NCBI GenBank assembly: GCA_038064915.1
Contig: JBBTSB010000006.1
Span: 4,864-68,863 of the forward strand
Direction of reading: 5' to 3'
DNA: 64,000 nucleotides
Origin: Patescibacteria group bacterium
GTDB taxonomy: Bacteria > Patescibacteriota > Minisyncoccia > 2-02-FULL-40-12 > IGHO2-01-FULL-4-A
The position numbers and the translations under genes are program-made. Shown piece after piece: positions 37,316 to 46,417 of this stretch. Under the pieces are notes generated by a model that saw only the letters and a program-made list of their open reading frames with translations, was not told where the DNA came from and made no database searches. The first letter of the stretch is position 1. Every line of letters starts with the position of its first letter.

Positions 37316-37890
37316 AATCTACGACACCAGTCAACGTCCTCAAAATACAAAAAATATTGTTCGTCCATGAGGCCGACTCGTTCGAGAGCATTGCCACGCA
37401 CCAGCATTGCCGCACCGAGAATCCAATCGGGAGTTTGGATCTTGTTCGGATCGGTGTCGTTCATCATAAAGTCGTCTATGACGTTTTTAAAGATCCTTCC
37501 CAAAAACGATCGACGAGCGAGAATTGTCATCGGCCGATAGAGGCGATGGTACGAGCGTTGGTGTTCGCCATTGAAATATAAAAGCTGTGGGCCCATGATG
37601 CCGATATCTTCGTGCTTGTCCATGTAGGCAAGCATTTTCTGTACGGAGCCTTCGGTAATCATAGTGTCCGGGTTGAGGATGAGGCGGTACTGGCCGGTGG
37701 TTGATCGCAGTCCGGCGTTCACCCCTCGCGCGAAACCAATGTTATTCTTAGAATTGTCTATGACGTTTACCTCGTAGTCTATCCCCTTCAGATGCTCATC
37801 CAGACGCTTCAAACAGAGCCGTAACAGCTCCGGTGTGCGATAATGGACGATAATAACGGAAAGCTTGGGTTTCTTGACAGAATCATGCAT
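37132..37890 (-). CDS. Glycosyltransferase family 2
   Basis: PKLSVIIVHYRTPELLRLCLKRL, DNS, DED/DxD-like motifs. Start taken at MHDSVKKPKL. Confidence 0.65.
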   Translation of the reverse strand: MHDSVKKPKLSVIIVHYRTPELLRLCLKRLDEHLKGIDYEVNVIDNSKNNIGFARGVNAGLRSTTGQYRLILNPDTMITEGSVQKMLAYMDKHEDIGIMGPQLLYFNGEHQRSYHRLYRPMTILARRSFLGRIFKNVIDDFMMNDTDPNKIQTPDWILGAAMLVRGNALERVGLMDEQYFLYFEDVDWCRRFWHNGYMVVYYPQAIFYHYYPRTSTSWNKTTLWHIASAMKFFKKWSRKNISLPSSSSYVSP

Positions 37891-37938
37891 GAATGACACT
37901 ATATACCATATGCCGAAGTTCGGCAAGAAGGAGGATTC

Positions 37939-38214
37939 ATGGAGAGGAGGAGGGTCAGCGAGGCATTTCGAGATTCACTCGCGACGGCCATCGGCATGAT
38001 GGTCGGAAGAGGAAATCAGGCGCGCGAGTTCGCCGATGCGCATGCTCGCATCGAGGTACTCGTCGAGCTATGCACGCCGAGCGTTATCGATGCGGAGTGT
38101 CGTCCGGACATGGCTGCCGGCCTTCGGTTCGCTGCTGCCATTCTCAAGAGCAGCGATGCCGAGATGGCAAACAAGCTGATCGAGGCGGCGAAAAACCTCG
38201 AGACCACTACCTAG
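37939..38214 (+). CDS. Small GC-rich hypothetical protein with a canonical RBS
   Basis: 91 aa. AAGAAGGAGGATTC then ATG. Followed by two GC hairpins: GCGCGGCATGCCGCGC, and GAAGCCG...CGGCTTC. Confidence 0.35.
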   Translation: MERRRVSEAFRDSLATAIGMMVGRGNQAREFADAHARIEVLVELCTPSVIDAECRPDMAAGLRFAAAILKSSDAEMANKLIEAAKNLETTT

Positions 38215-38275
38215 AAAGGAGGCGCGGCATGCCGCGCGCACCGTAGTACCAGAAGCCGTGCCGAAAGGGGCGGCT

Positions 38276-39367
38276 TCACTCGTTTAAGATCGTTCTGAAA
38301 TACTCCTGGAAGAGTTTGAAGTCATCGCCCTTGGGGAGGAGTACATACTCGCCGTTTTCCAGATGCGTTTCATACATGAGATTGTCCGTAGACACAACAC
38401 CCTTTTTCAGTTGATCGCCCTTAAATGACTCCGCGAGTTTCAGGAGATCTTTAATTTCCCATATTTGAAAATTCGTCCGTACGTTGCCTTTGAGGGCATC
38501 AAGAAGATCGGTCACTTTGGTTGGATTGGCAAAAAACCCCAGTTGCGTAGCTTTATTTTTTATCGCCAAAATCACTTCCTGTTGCCGTCGTGCGCGATCA
38601 AAATCGCTCGAGGAAAATCGTGATCGCACGTAGTACAGAGCCTGCTCGCTGTTGAGGTGATTTTTGCCAGCCGGAAGCGAAAATTCATATCCCCACTGCT
38701 TTTTTTCGCTAAACGGTTGCGCAAGATAGACGTCTATGCCTCCCAATACATCAATCAGTTTTCCAAATGCCGTAAAGTCAAAGAGGACCGCCTTATCAAC
38801 GTATACACCGGTGAGTCGTGATATCATCTGGCTCGAATAGGTAAGCCCTTCACGATGCTCGAGTCCGCGTACGTAGATTTCATTTACCTTGCCCTTTACC
38901 GACAATACATCGCCATCCGTTAGGGTGCCTTTCATGTCGATGTAGATATCGCGGGGCAAAGAAGTGAGAGCAGCTCGCCCCGTTTCCTTGTCAACACTGA
39001 GCAGTAACATCGTATCCGTGAGCAAACTTCCCGCCTCTTCTATGTCATCCTCTCCTCGGATGCCCAACAGTAGCACATCAAGCCGATGCTCTTCTTTTTG
39101 GGGAATCGGATTGGGGTCGTTGGGAAGATTGCCGTCCTCGTCACCCCGAAGCCATTTTGAAAGGTATCCTTTTAAGGATCTATCCCCTTCCTCCCCTACG
39201 ACAATGGTTCGATAGGCAGACGCAAAATGTACCCCGACATAGCCCGCGACGATAATGAGGACAATGACTACAAGCCAAAGCAGGCGTTTTAGGTATACAA
39301 AGAGCGAAGATCTCGGGCGGATATCTTCGCTTTCTTCATAATCAATTTTCGTCGGCGCAACATACAT
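38276..39367 (-). CDS. LytR-CpsA-Psr (LCP) family cell-envelope phosphotransferase
   Basis: N-terminal TM. LCP core LLLGIRGEDD...TDTMLLLSVDK...SLPRDIYIDM. Confidence 0.7.
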   Translation of the reverse strand: MYVAPTKIDYEESEDIRPRSSLFVYLKRLLWLVVIVLIIVAGYVGVHFASAYRTIVVGEEGDRSLKGYLSKWLRGDEDGNLPNDPNPIPQKEEHRLDVLLLGIRGEDDIEEAGSLLTDTMLLLSVDKETGRAALTSLPRDIYIDMKGTLTDGDVLSVKGKVNEIYVRGLEHREGLTYSSQMISRLTGVYVDKAVLFDFTAFGKLIDVLGGIDVYLAQPFSEKKQWGYEFSLPAGKNHLNSEQALYYVRSRFSSSDFDRARRQQEVILAIKNKATQLGFFANPTKVTDLLDALKGNVRTNFQIWEIKDLLKLAESFKGDQLKKGVVSTDNLMYETHLENGEYVLLPKGDDFKLFQEYFRTILNE

Positions 39368-40170
39368 GATAATAGGCTAAAAAACCTCGGGTAGATCGCA
39401 AACACTCGTGGCTCAAGCAACAAGGTATATACCATGACTCCAATCTCTCTGACGAGCCAGAACGGCAAGTCTTTCAAGATATTAATTATATACTCGTTTT
39501 TGATGAGGGTAAAGCGCACATTGCACCAATCCAACTGGCGTTTGATGAGCGGAATCTTGTCTCGCGCAATACTGGTCGATCGGTCGTGGTAGCCGATCAC
39601 CGAGGGCGCATACCACTGCTTCCATCCAAAAAGTCTCATGCGCCAGGCAAGATCCAAGTCGTCGCCATAGCCAAAAGGCCCGATGCGATAATCAGGATCA
39701 ATGATGTGACCTTCTATTTTGCAATCCTCAATGGCTTCCCTGCGAAAAATCGGTACGGCGCCCTCCACGGCAAAAATTTCACCCTCGGGATATTCGTTGC
39801 GAGTTTGCTTTCCCCGGTTTAGTATTTTTCTAGATCTAAAAATTTCAAAGCCAGTCGTGTCTATCAGACCATCGCTTTGTAGAATTTTTGCCTGAAGAGC
39901 TCCAATGGCCTCATCTTTCTCCATGATTTCCACCGCTTTGTTTACGAAGTTTTTATCCAAAATCACGTCGCTCATGCAGATAATATATTTACCATTACTT
40001 TTCTCGAGAAGCTTTTCCTGTCCCGCCCAGAAGCCGATATTGTTTTGTTGACCATCAAAAATATTGACCTCTCTATTTTTGTAGGTTTGAGCTTCGATTG
40101 AATCAAGTTGCGGCTTGAAGAAGCTTTTGTCTTTATGAAAGACGAGATTGATTGATACTAAGGGTTCCAT
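39289..40170 (-). CDS. Glycosyltransferase family 2-like protein
   Basis: GT-A fold features (FDGQQNNIGFWAG, CMSDVIL, WRMRLFGW). Overlaps the LCP gene start. Confidence 0.5.
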   Translation of the reverse strand: MEPLVSINLVFHKDKSFFKPQLDSIEAQTYKNREVNIFDGQQNNIGFWAGQEKLLEKSNGKYIICMSDVILDKNFVNKAVEIMEKDEAIGALQAKILQSDGLIDTTGFEIFRSRKILNRGKQTRNEYPEGEIFAVEGAVPIFRREAIEDCKIEGHIIDPDYRIGPFGYGDDLDLAWRMRLFGWKQWYAPSVIGYHDRSTSIARDKIPLIKRQLDWCNVRFTLIKNEYIINILKDLPFWLVREIGVMVYTLLLEPRVFAIYPRFFSLLSCMLRRRKLIMKKAKISARDLRSLYT

Positions 40171-41560
40171 AGACTGCGGCGAAGATTAAAAACGCTCGTT
40201 CATCAAAGAGTGCGGCATCGGTCAATAAATATCCATAGATCCACGGCAACATAATCAGCAATGCAGAGCCATATAGTGTAGATCGAAGCTCCCACGCACG
40301 GCGGAGAGGAATCCAGAGTAGCCACAGAAAGAGTATCAACGCAGGAATCCCAATTTCCGCGGCGACATGCAGGTAGACATTGTGCGCGGAGGAGCCGGCC
40401 TTGGCAAGTTCAATATCTTGTTGTAAGACTACGGGAAAATTTCCAATGCCAACTCCAAGCAATGGGTGCTGAACAATGGATCGCAGTGAAGCTTTCCAGA
40501 TTGCTATGCGAAGAGCGTTGGATGTCTCACCAAAATTTAAAATAGAACGGATACGACTACCCAGCGTGGCATTCCAGCCAAGACCGAATTGCGGCGTGGC
40601 GGAAAGCGGATACACAAAAGCAAACAGGAGTACGAATGCTACGAGCCACGGGGCGACTTTTCGAAATGAGCCTCGTAGCCATATCATGGCGATCATCGCC
40701 GCCAGAGTCATCACCCATCCTGCCAGCCACATACCACGGGTGTTGCTAAGAATTACTGCTAGGAAAGCGATAGGGATGAGGATGGAGGGCCAGTGGCGTT
40801 TGGTGTCGAGTTTTGCAAATATCGCCGGCAGTGCTAGCAATACAAACATCGGAAACGTGTGTGAATCAGTGAACAGCGAAAACATCCGTAAATTTATATT
40901 GCCGAACGTATTATATGTAAACCACGTATTTCCCTGCTCTACCGCTATCCGGCACCACTCCATTCCGAATTGCCGGCATTGTGCTCCCCAGCCCCAAAAG
41001 TCTACGAATTGATAAATATCTCCAAAATAGGTGCTAGCCAATTGCAAAAATCCGACCGCGAGCACAATAAAAAGAGGCGGAATAAAAGCGTTGACAATAC
41101 GACTTAGGTGTTGGACACCTAAGTGACTGATTACTATCGGCACCATGAGCAAGTTTGCAAAATAAATAATGCGTAGCACTGAAGCGGTTTTGTCCTGTGC
41201 TACAAATATAGAAAGAATAGAAATTAATAATAAAAGAATTAATAAAATTGAAAATTTGGATTTGATTGGAAATTGAAAATTGAAAATTGAAAATTTCGCA
41301 ATAATAAATTTTATGAAAATTATTATTGCGAGTACCCGCCACGTATTAAAATTATCAAAACTCGCCGTGAGTGGCAGTGCAATAAAAAGCGGAATAGATC
41401 GCACAAAAAGCACGGTTGCATCTTCTAGTGATGCAAAAAGCGTATAGATTATCAAAATACCAGCCAGCACAAACGCAAACCATCTCGGCAGTGCGCCAAA
41501 GATAATCAGAAAAAATAATACGACTTCTACGGCGTATACGCGATTTACATATTTCGACAT
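40133..41560 (-). CDS. O-antigen polymerase/ligase-like (Wzy/WaaL family) polytopic membrane protein
   Basis: 475 aa. More than ten TM helices, with a large periplasmic loop near the C-terminus. Sits inside the glycosyltransferase cluster. Confidence 0.55.
   Translation of the reverse strand: MSKYVNRVYAVEVVLFFLIIFGALPRWFAFVLAGILIIYTLFASLEDATVLFVRSIPLFIALPLTASFDNFNTWRVLAIIIFIKFIIAKFSIFNFQFPIKSKFSILLILLLLISILSIFVAQDKTASVLRIIYFANLLMVPIVISHLGVQHLSRIVNAFIPPLFIVLAVGFLQLASTYFGDIYQFVDFWGWGAQCRQFGMEWCRIAVEQGNTWFTYNTFGNINLRMFSLFTDSHTFPMFVLLALPAIFAKLDTKRHWPSILIPIAFLAVILSNTRGMWLAGWVMTLAAMIAMIWLRGSFRKVAPWLVAFVLLFAFVYPLSATPQFGLGWNATLGSRIRSILNFGETSNALRIAIWKASLRSIVQHPLLGVGIGNFPVVLQQDIELAKAGSSAHNVYLHVAAEIGIPALILFLWLLWIPLRRAWELRSTLYGSALLIMLPWIYGYLLTDAALFDERAFLIFAAVYGTLSINQSRLS
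41269..41295. repeat. Heptanucleotide tandem repeat: GAAATT followed by (GAAAATT)x3
   Basis: Near-perfect 7-bp unit repeated about 3.9 times inside the Wzy-like CDS, which is on the opposite strand. Confidence 0.8.
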
Positions 41561-42498
41561 AATTGCAAAAATCTATCCGTATGAGCTTTCCAGGAAAAAT
41601 TATTTGTGAGTGCAGGTTTTGGCATAGCCAATCCCCTGCTAATTCCATCAGCAATGCCATCAACCGTTGGCTGGCAATAAATTGCATAATCGCCAAGTAG
41701 CTCATGAGCTACGTCCGTATCGGCAACTACGGGTCTCACTCCCCTAGCCAGAGCTTCCAACGGCGGCAATCCAAATGCTTCCGTATCGGATACATACACA
41801 AATAGTCTGGCATTTTTATATAATTCTTCAAGCTTCTCATCAGTTACTCTCTCATAATATTCCACATCCAAATTTAATTTTGGATTATACTTATCTACAC
41901 CGACAACGATCAATTTAACTCCTAGTTTTTTGCAGGCCAAGATCGTCTCTCGTGCATGACGTCGTGGGAACATCTGACCAACGTATAATACATAACCCCC
42001 TTCCCCCTTATCATAAGGGGGACTAGAGGGGGTTATCCCCAGATAATTTACAAAAATTCTTCTGCTATCTATGCCAAATAATTTTGCCACGTTCTTGCCA
42101 GAAGTTTTAGAATAGACGCTAATCATAGTTGCCTTGCGGGCCGCGTGATTACTAAAGATTTTGTAGGCCAAGCGATATCTAAAAGGCAAATCTTTGCCGT
42201 GCATTTCGCGATGCAAGTCCTCCGTGAGCGCAACAATCGTCTTACAAAAAATGCCATAAGGTAGCATGTAATTGGGAAAAAAGACGATGTCGGGTTTCGT
42301 GAGCCAAATCTTGATAGGCAAAATAATATAATAGTACAAACTGAAACTCGGTATCTTGCCTTTATAATAATAAATAAATTTAAACTCTTCTGTTTTGGGC
42401 AGGTTTTTGATGAGCTCTTTGACCGTGCGGCCGATCCCCCACGAATCGCCTTCACCCGACTCGCATTCGATACCGATTTTTATCATAATCTCTAGCAC
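41545..42498 (-). CDS. Glycosyltransferase family 4 (GT-B fold)
   Basis: C-terminal EAFGLPPLEALARGVRPVVADTDVAHELLGD is the typical GT4 E-x7-E region. Confidence 0.7.
   Translation of the reverse strand: MLEIMIKIGIECESGEGDSWGIGRTVKELIKNLPKTEEFKFIYYYKGKIPSFSLYYYIILPIKIWLTKPDIVFFPNYMLPYGIFCKTIVALTEDLHREMHGKDLPFRYRLAYKIFSNHAARKATMISVYSKTSGKNVAKLFGIDSRRIFVNYLGITPSSPPYDKGEGGYVLYVGQMFPRRHARETILACKKLGVKLIVVGVDKYNPKLNLDVEYYERVTDEKLEELYKNARLFVYVSDTEAFGLPPLEALARGVRPVVADTDVAHELLGDYAIYCQPTVDGIADGISRGLAMPKPALTNNFSWKAHTDRFLQLCRNM
41992..42036. repeat. Nested GC-rich palindromic element, class 2 (ATAACCCCC-TT-CCCCCTTAT-C-ATAAGGGGG-ACTAGA-GGGGGTTAT), in-frame inside the GT4 gene
   Basis: Inner and outer stems as in the dnaK-proximal copy. 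Translated in the GT4 frame it gives ..SSPPYDKGEGGYVLYVG.., an insertion just before the conserved GT4 core. Confidence 0.7.
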
Positions 42499-43216
42499 CT
42501 TGCAGAATTGCTTTTGACTCTTCTATATTACGACCAAGTAAAATTTTTATGCGTTGTTTAAGCTTAATCCAAAAACTCCATATCGGCAACGCGAGACGGA
42601 CATACCAGGTACCGTGGGTTTTGTTGAGAAGCAGTGCGTTGCGTGTGTGGTAGTAGAGTAGATTAGCAGAGCCAAGGGTGGAGGTAGTGGCAGAAGTCGC
42701 ATGCATAAATTGAGCGGTTGAACCGCTCAATTTGAAGCCGGCTTTTTGGGCTCGCACACAAAACTCGACATCTTCGTAGTACAAAAAATATCTCTCATCA
42801 AAGAAGCCAATTTTACTAAAAACTTCTTTTTTAATTAATAAAACAGCTCCCGAAAGATAGTCAAAGCCAAAGACTCTCCCCTGCTCCAGGCCGACGATGT
42901 CCGCATCGCCGGATGGCATTTCTTTGAGAACGACATCGTTATTGAGAATTAATATTTTTTCCGCGCCATGCTCGAGCGCGTATTTAATGCCAATGTTGTT
43001 GCCACCGGAATAGCCGAGATTTTTGGGAGAGTTTAAGAGTTTAAAGTTTAAAGGTTTAAACGTTTCAAGCCAATACTCAACGTTTTTCAGATGCTCTACG
43101 TCGGATCCGTTGTCGACGACGATCACGTCGGCATTTAGAGGCCGGAGAGACTCCAGGCACGCTAGCGTACGACCTGATTGATTATATTGGAGAACGACGA
43201 TTGAAAGTTTTGCCAT
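42452..43216 (-). CDS. Glycosyltransferase family 2
   Basis: LSIVVLQYNQ, VVDNGS, YSGGNNIG, YYEDVEF (DxD-like). Confidence 0.7.
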   Translation of the reverse strand: MAKLSIVVLQYNQSGRTLACLESLRPLNADVIVVDNGSDVEHLKNVEYWLETFKPLNFKLLNSPKNLGYSGGNNIGIKYALEHGAEKILILNNDVVLKEMPSGDADIVGLEQGRVFGFDYLSGAVLLIKKEVFSKIGFFDERYFLYYEDVEFCVRAQKAGFKLSGSTAQFMHATSATTSTLGSANLLYYHTRNALLLNKTHGTWYVRLALPIWSFWIKLKQRIKILLGRNIEESKAILQGARDYDKNRYRMRVG

Positions 43217-44220
43217 GAAAATTTCTCTGCGCTTTGTTTTATTTTTTCTCTATCAAAACTCATCTCGCGAATTCTGCGAGCCCCATCAGCCAGAACGGCC
43301 TCGTGGGGGTCATCAAAAAACGTGCCATTTATTCCCTCTTGAACATACTCTAGCGCGCCACCGGCTCGCAGTGCAAGGACCGGTTTGCCGTGCATGAGGG
43401 CTTCGACAGGCGCGATGCCGAAGTCTTCTTCCTGGGGCAAGATGAAAGCAGTCGACAGTGAATAGTGGGTAGTGAGTAGTTCATCAGGTAAAGAGCCAAG
43501 AAGATGCACCGTAGGGCCTGCTAGAGCCTCTAGGCGGGCACGTTCGGGTCCATCTCCGATGATCGTGAGCGGCCAACCGAGCTTATTAAAGGCCTTGATA
43601 GCAATGTCTATGTTTTTGTGGCGATATAAGCGTGATACGATTAAAAAATAATTTTTGAATTTTACACTGTCATTTTGCACTTTGATATTTACATTTTGCA
43701 CTGGTGGATATATGACTACAGAATCTCGTCTATAATATTTCTTAATTCTTGCTTTGATATGTTCCGAATTTGCAATATACATATCCACGCGTGTTGAGGC
43801 CTGTCTGTCCCAGATGCGCAAAAGATGTTGAAAAATTTTGTGTCGGTACTCGTGCGAAAGATCCCAGACCTGGCGTGTTGGGCTATGGCAGTAATTGATA
43901 TGGTATGTTTTGGGACGCAAGATGAGGCCTTTGGAAAAAATGCTACCGGTGGAAATTACCAGATCATATGATCGCAAATCCAGGGACTCAACGCGAATAG
44001 GAAAAAAGGGAATTACAAAGCGTGAAGGTTTTCCATCGGAAAGGCAGATGGTATCGGCATCGGGGTACATTTGCTGCAGTGCATGGAGCACCCGTACATC
44101 TCCGGCAATTCCCGTGATCCAATCATGAACGAGTGCGATGCGCATTAGCGTTTTGCTACGATGTTCTTTTTGTATACTTCGAGACTTGCAAGCACAACTC
44201 CCGTCCCACGTGCCACACAA
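43162..44220 (-). CDS. Glycosyltransferase family 4 (GT-B fold)
   Basis: EEDFGIAPVEALMHGKPVLALRAGGALEYV is the GT4 signature. Confidence 0.7.
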   Translation of the reverse strand: MCGTWDGSCACKSRSIQKEHRSKTLMRIALVHDWITGIAGDVRVLHALQQMYPDADTICLSDGKPSRFVIPFFPIRVESLDLRSYDLVISTGSIFSKGLILRPKTYHINYCHSPTRQVWDLSHEYRHKIFQHLLRIWDRQASTRVDMYIANSEHIKARIKKYYRRDSVVIYPPVQNVNIKVQNDSVKFKNYFLIVSRLYRHKNIDIAIKAFNKLGWPLTIIGDGPERARLEALAGPTVHLLGSLPDELLTTHYSLSTAFILPQEEDFGIAPVEALMHGKPVLALRAGGALEYVQEGINGTFFDDPHEAVLADGARRIREMSFDREKIKQSAEKFSWQNFQSSFSNIINQVVR

Positions 44221-45254
44221 AGTAATGGCTCGTCGGCTACGCGCGCAGGAACGCCCGTGACATGGGTAATTAGGGTATCAATGTTTTTGAGAAGCGCTCC
44301 CCCGCCGGAGATGATGATACCTTTTTCGATAATATCAGAGCAAAGTTCCGGAGGTGTTTCCGATAGAACTTTTTTTACGGTTTGAACGATCTCACGAAGC
44401 TGTTCTTGAATCGCTTCAGAGATTTCGTTCGATGAAAGCTCTACCGTTTTGGGATATCCTGACGAGAGATCACGACCACGAACGTTTATTTTCTCTTGCG
44501 TCGCCTGCTTTACCGCACTGCCAATGGCAATCTTAATAAGTTCAGCCGATCGCTCCCCTATCGCAAGACCATGTTTCTTTTTTACGTAATCTACAATCGC
44601 CTGATCGATCTTGTTTCCACCTACCCTTGTGGATGCCCAACTCACGATGCCACCAAGGCTCACCACTGCGACATCCGTCGTTCCACCACCAATATTGAGA
44701 ATTAGACTTCCAATGGGACTGTTAATGGGAATCTTGGCACCGATGGCGGCAAGCACTGGTTCCTTGACGAGAATTGCACTTTTTGCTCCAGCGTTGATTG
44801 TAGCTTCGATGACCGCACGCCGTTCAGTGGAGGTGATTCCCGCCGGTACCGAGACGAGAACTTCCGGTTTAAAAAAACTCAATTTGCCGACGGCTTTGGT
44901 AATAAAATATTTGAGCATCGCTTCGGTGATACGGTAATCAGCAATAACGCCGTCACGAAGCGGGCGCGAGACGATAATACTGTCCGGTGCGCGGCCAATC
45001 ATTTCCTTCGCCTCGTTGCCGACAGCAATAATTTTGTTATCGAGTATCGAAATGGCAACGACAGAGGGTTCGTTAAGAATAAGGCCTTTATGAGGCACAA
45101 AAACTAAGGTGTTCGTTGTGCCAAGATCGATGCCGATTTTTTTAGCTAACACGTTTAATATCCGCCCCGAGCGCTTTGAGTTTTTCTTCGATACCTTCGT
45201 AGCCTCGATCAATGATTTCCACGTCGTGAATAGTGGTCTTCCCTTTGGCGACAA
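44145..45254 (-). CDS. mreB: Rod shape-determining protein MreB
   Basis: [16 protein letters not shown] actin-fold phosphate-1 motif. GGGTTD. The start may be internal, at VLAKK. Confidence 0.8.
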   Translation of the reverse strand: MSPKGRPLFTTWKSLIEATKVSKKNSKRSGRILNVLAKKIGIDLGTTNTLVFVPHKGLILNEPSVVAISILDNKIIAVGNEAKEMIGRAPDSIIVSRPLRDGVIADYRITEAMLKYFITKAVGKLSFFKPEVLVSVPAGITSTERRAVIEATINAGAKSAILVKEPVLAAIGAKIPINSPIGSLILNIGGGTTDVAVVSLGGIVSWASTRVGGNKIDQAIVDYVKKKHGLAIGERSAELIKIAIGSAVKQATQEKINVRGRDLSSGYPKTVELSSNEISEAIQEQLREIVQTVKKVLSETPPELCSDIIEKGIIISGGGALLKNIDTLITHVTGVPARVADEPLLCVARGTGVVLASLEVYKKNIVAKR

Positions 45255-46398
45255 GTCCGGCGATGATGTAGGCCATCCCAGCTCTCAAATCCGGGCTTTT
45301 GAGCTCCTTGCCTTTGAGCTTTGAAGGACCCTCAATGCTTCCTCGGTGGGTATCGAGGATCATAACGTGTGCGCCCATACGTTTCAAGTCCTCAAGCCAA
45401 AACATGCGGCCCTCAAACACCGTCTCGTGCACAATACTTTTGCCATTAGCTTGGGTAAGCGCAATAATGAGCGGAGACTGAAGATCGGTGGCGAACCCGG
45501 GATATTCATGGGTTTTGACACTTACTGCCTTCATGACGTCGGGAGGAAATATTTCAATCGTATCGGCGGTGATGGTTGTTGTTACACCCATGCGTGCCAG
45601 GAGGTCCAGCACTACGGCCTGGTGGCTAGGGTTGGTATGCGTGAGGGTAAGGTGACCCTTGGTGGCCGCGGCGAGAAACAAAAATGATCCAGTCTCCACC
45701 CGGTCCGGAATGTTGCTAAAGGCGATCTCTCGATCCGGATATTTTTCGATGCCCTCTATAGTAATCGTTGGACTGCCGGCTCCTGACACATTTGCACCTG
45801 CCTGATTGAGAAAATCGGCGAGCATCGAAATTTCCGGTTCGCATGCGCAGTTTATCAACGTTGTTGTTCCGTCCGCAATGGTGCCGAGCATCATCAAACA
45901 CATCGTCGCCGTGGTGCTCATGCTCGGAAAAACGAACGTGATTGCTTTCGGTCTTTCCATGGATAGCTCATGCATTTCTTCAATCACGGAGCTGATAGCC
46001 CCCATTTTTTGGTAGCCATCCAAAAAAAGGTCAATGGGACGCTCGCCGATTACGCAACCTCCGGGATGAGGAAATACGACCTTTCCGAGACGCACCAGAA
46101 CCGGTGCCGTAAGTTCAATAGAAGCACGCAGACGCTTTGAAATGTCGCGCTTTAGTTCGTGCGACGTCAATTGACGTGCGTGGATTTTAAGGGTATGATT
46201 TGCAAAGCTGACCTCGACGCCTAGGGCAGTAACCAGCTCTATCATGTTCCGAATGTCAGCAATATCGGGGATGTTGTGAAGCGTCGTCGATTGTCCGGTC
46301 AGCAATGCAGCTGCCATGAGAGGGAAAGCACCGTTCTTTGCTCCACCGATGGCAACTTCCCCTTGGAGAGGTTTTCCTCCTTGAATAACAAATTGCAT
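45142..46398 (-). CDS. murA: UDP-N-acetylglucosamine 1-carboxyvinyltransferase
   Basis: MQFVIQGGKPLQGEVAIGGAKNGAFPLMAAALLT is the MurA/EPT family N-terminus. 418 aa. Confidence 0.85.
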   Translation of the reverse strand: MQFVIQGGKPLQGEVAIGGAKNGAFPLMAAALLTGQSTTLHNIPDIADIRNMIELVTALGVEVSFANHTLKIHARQLTSHELKRDISKRLRASIELTAPVLVRLGKVVFPHPGGCVIGERPIDLFLDGYQKMGAISSVIEEMHELSMERPKAITFVFPSMSTTATMCLMMLGTIADGTTTLINCACEPEISMLADFLNQAGANVSGAGSPTITIEGIEKYPDREIAFSNIPDRVETGSFLFLAAATKGHLTLTHTNPSHQAVVLDLLARMGVTTTITADTIEIFPPDVMKAVSVKTHEYPGFATDLQSPLIIALTQANGKSIVHETVFEGRMFWLEDLKRMGAHVMILDTHRGSIEGPSKLKGKELKSPDLRAGMAYIIAGLVAKGKTTIHDVEIIDRGYEGIEEKLKALGADIKRVS

Positions 46399-46417
46399 CT
46401 TCCAATTCTAGACCATT

